This document shows positions 35,752-36,931 of a stretch of DNA of 36,931 bases, one piece after another. The first letter of the stretch is position 1. The number at the start of each line of letters is the position of its first letter. The stretch is taken from positions 88,046,964 through 88,083,894 of the forward strand of contig NC_068986.1 of assembly GCF_001194135.2 (NCBI RefSeq), written 5' to 3'. The translations under genes and the position numbers were made by a program. Source of the stretch: Octopus bimaculoides. Its lineage: Eukaryota. The notes beneath the pieces were generated by a model. It saw nothing but the letters and a program-made list of their open reading frames with translations, was not told the DNA's origin and made no database searches.

Positions 35752-36610
35752 TATCTATATTATTGTTTGATTGGACCCCACGCATCCATTTCCAAGTTCA
35801 TCTCATATGTGTGTGTGTATGTGTGTGTGTGTACGTGTGTGTGTGTGCGTGCGTGCGTGTGCGAGCGCGCGCGTTTGTGTGTATGTCGGGATGCTTGAGC
35901 ATGCGTTCGAATGTGTTTGTGTAGTTTACTTTGGTTATTCCTTTTCCTCCTGAAACTCAAAATAATCCTTTCCAGTATTGAACATTCAACCTTGGGGCCT
36001 TAAAGTGAAAAAATGCTGTAACTTTAGTTGAAGAGCATTCATGTTATTCTAATTCGTTTGTTTACGGAAATAAACAAGGGCATAAAATGTCATCAGGTGA
36101 GATATTTAAAACCGCTCTCTTTATCCTGTAAAATGCGTTCTATGTACAGAAACAGATTTATACAACCTTTGGTATTTAGTTCCTTCACCTGCCAATATGT
36201 GACATTCTACTCTTTCATACATACCCGGGCCTTTTTGTTTTTTATGGCTCTTTCTTTTTAATATTCAGAAACATAGGTAACTGCAAATGTGTGCACAAGC
36301 AAGCTTATGCAGCCATACACACACACACGCACGTACAACACACTCACGCATACATATACACACGCACAAAAACACACACACATATACATATAATTGAATA
36401 AGACATAGGTAAAAAGTTTGTAGTATGCTATGCAAAGCTCATTCGTAGTCATTGGCTACCGGATAACATCATAGAGTAGGAATACTTTTGTTACACAATA
36501 TGTTTATTATATCATCTCACCAATGTAGCACGGAGGTAACGATGTCTAGAAACAATTGTACTACTCTGTACATTCTAAAAATGTTGTTCAAGCGATTAGT
36601 TTATTATTCG

Positions 36611-36683
<73 letters not shown>

Positions 36684-36684
36684 A
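36611..36684. repeat. (TCTA)n microsatellite
   Basis: Direct reading. Confidence 0.97.
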
Positions 36685-36931
36685 TACGGTTTAGATATAG
36701 ATTCAAGGTTTGAATATGGTACTTATGCGAAGGCACCCGAATATCACATCCCAAAAGGATGGGTGATTAAAATCAAATAATAAGCAACACGGATTTCAAA
36801 AGTGATTGCAGTACGCACGTTTCATGCTACTTCAATTTATTTAAGTAATGTGAGCATTACCTTAAATGCAATATGAAGAGCAATCTTCAGCTGCACGAAA
36901 AAATGTAGAATATTTTACAAAAAAATTTCCC

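Noticed and set aside
117-36780. The large majority of ORFs in the supplied track (poly-YI, HT, CV, LS, VVV and X-filled frames)
   Set aside because: They are translations of di-, tri- and tetranucleotide repeats or read through N-gaps.

Overview
Eukaryotic, AT-rich, repeat-saturated draft-assembly DNA with about 20 N-gaps, most of them flanked by microsatellites. The SINE families and microsatellite load resemble an octopus/coleoid genome (inference from remembered repeat families, not checked). I find no confident host protein-coding gene, and almost all long ORFs in the track are translations of microsatellites or N-runs. Explainable content: three tRNA-derived SINE families, a 5'-truncated CR1-type LINE, a split RTE LINE fossil, two Penelope-like (PLE) ORF fragments and a truncated Tc1/IS630-like transposase with an 11-bp minisatellite in its linker. 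The strongest finding is a ~185-bp non-coding mobile element present twice (1405-1592, 12771-12953). It carries a minimal type I hammerhead ribozyme motif on the minus strand. One copy sits inside a SINE and the other interrupts an RTE reading frame with a perfect 12-bp target-site duplication. Also notable: an orphan intronless 151-codon AT-rich ORF with an F-box-like motif (23249-23704), SINE/LINE shared 3' tails, and a head-to-head inverted SINE pair. All calls are by eye; no searches were run.
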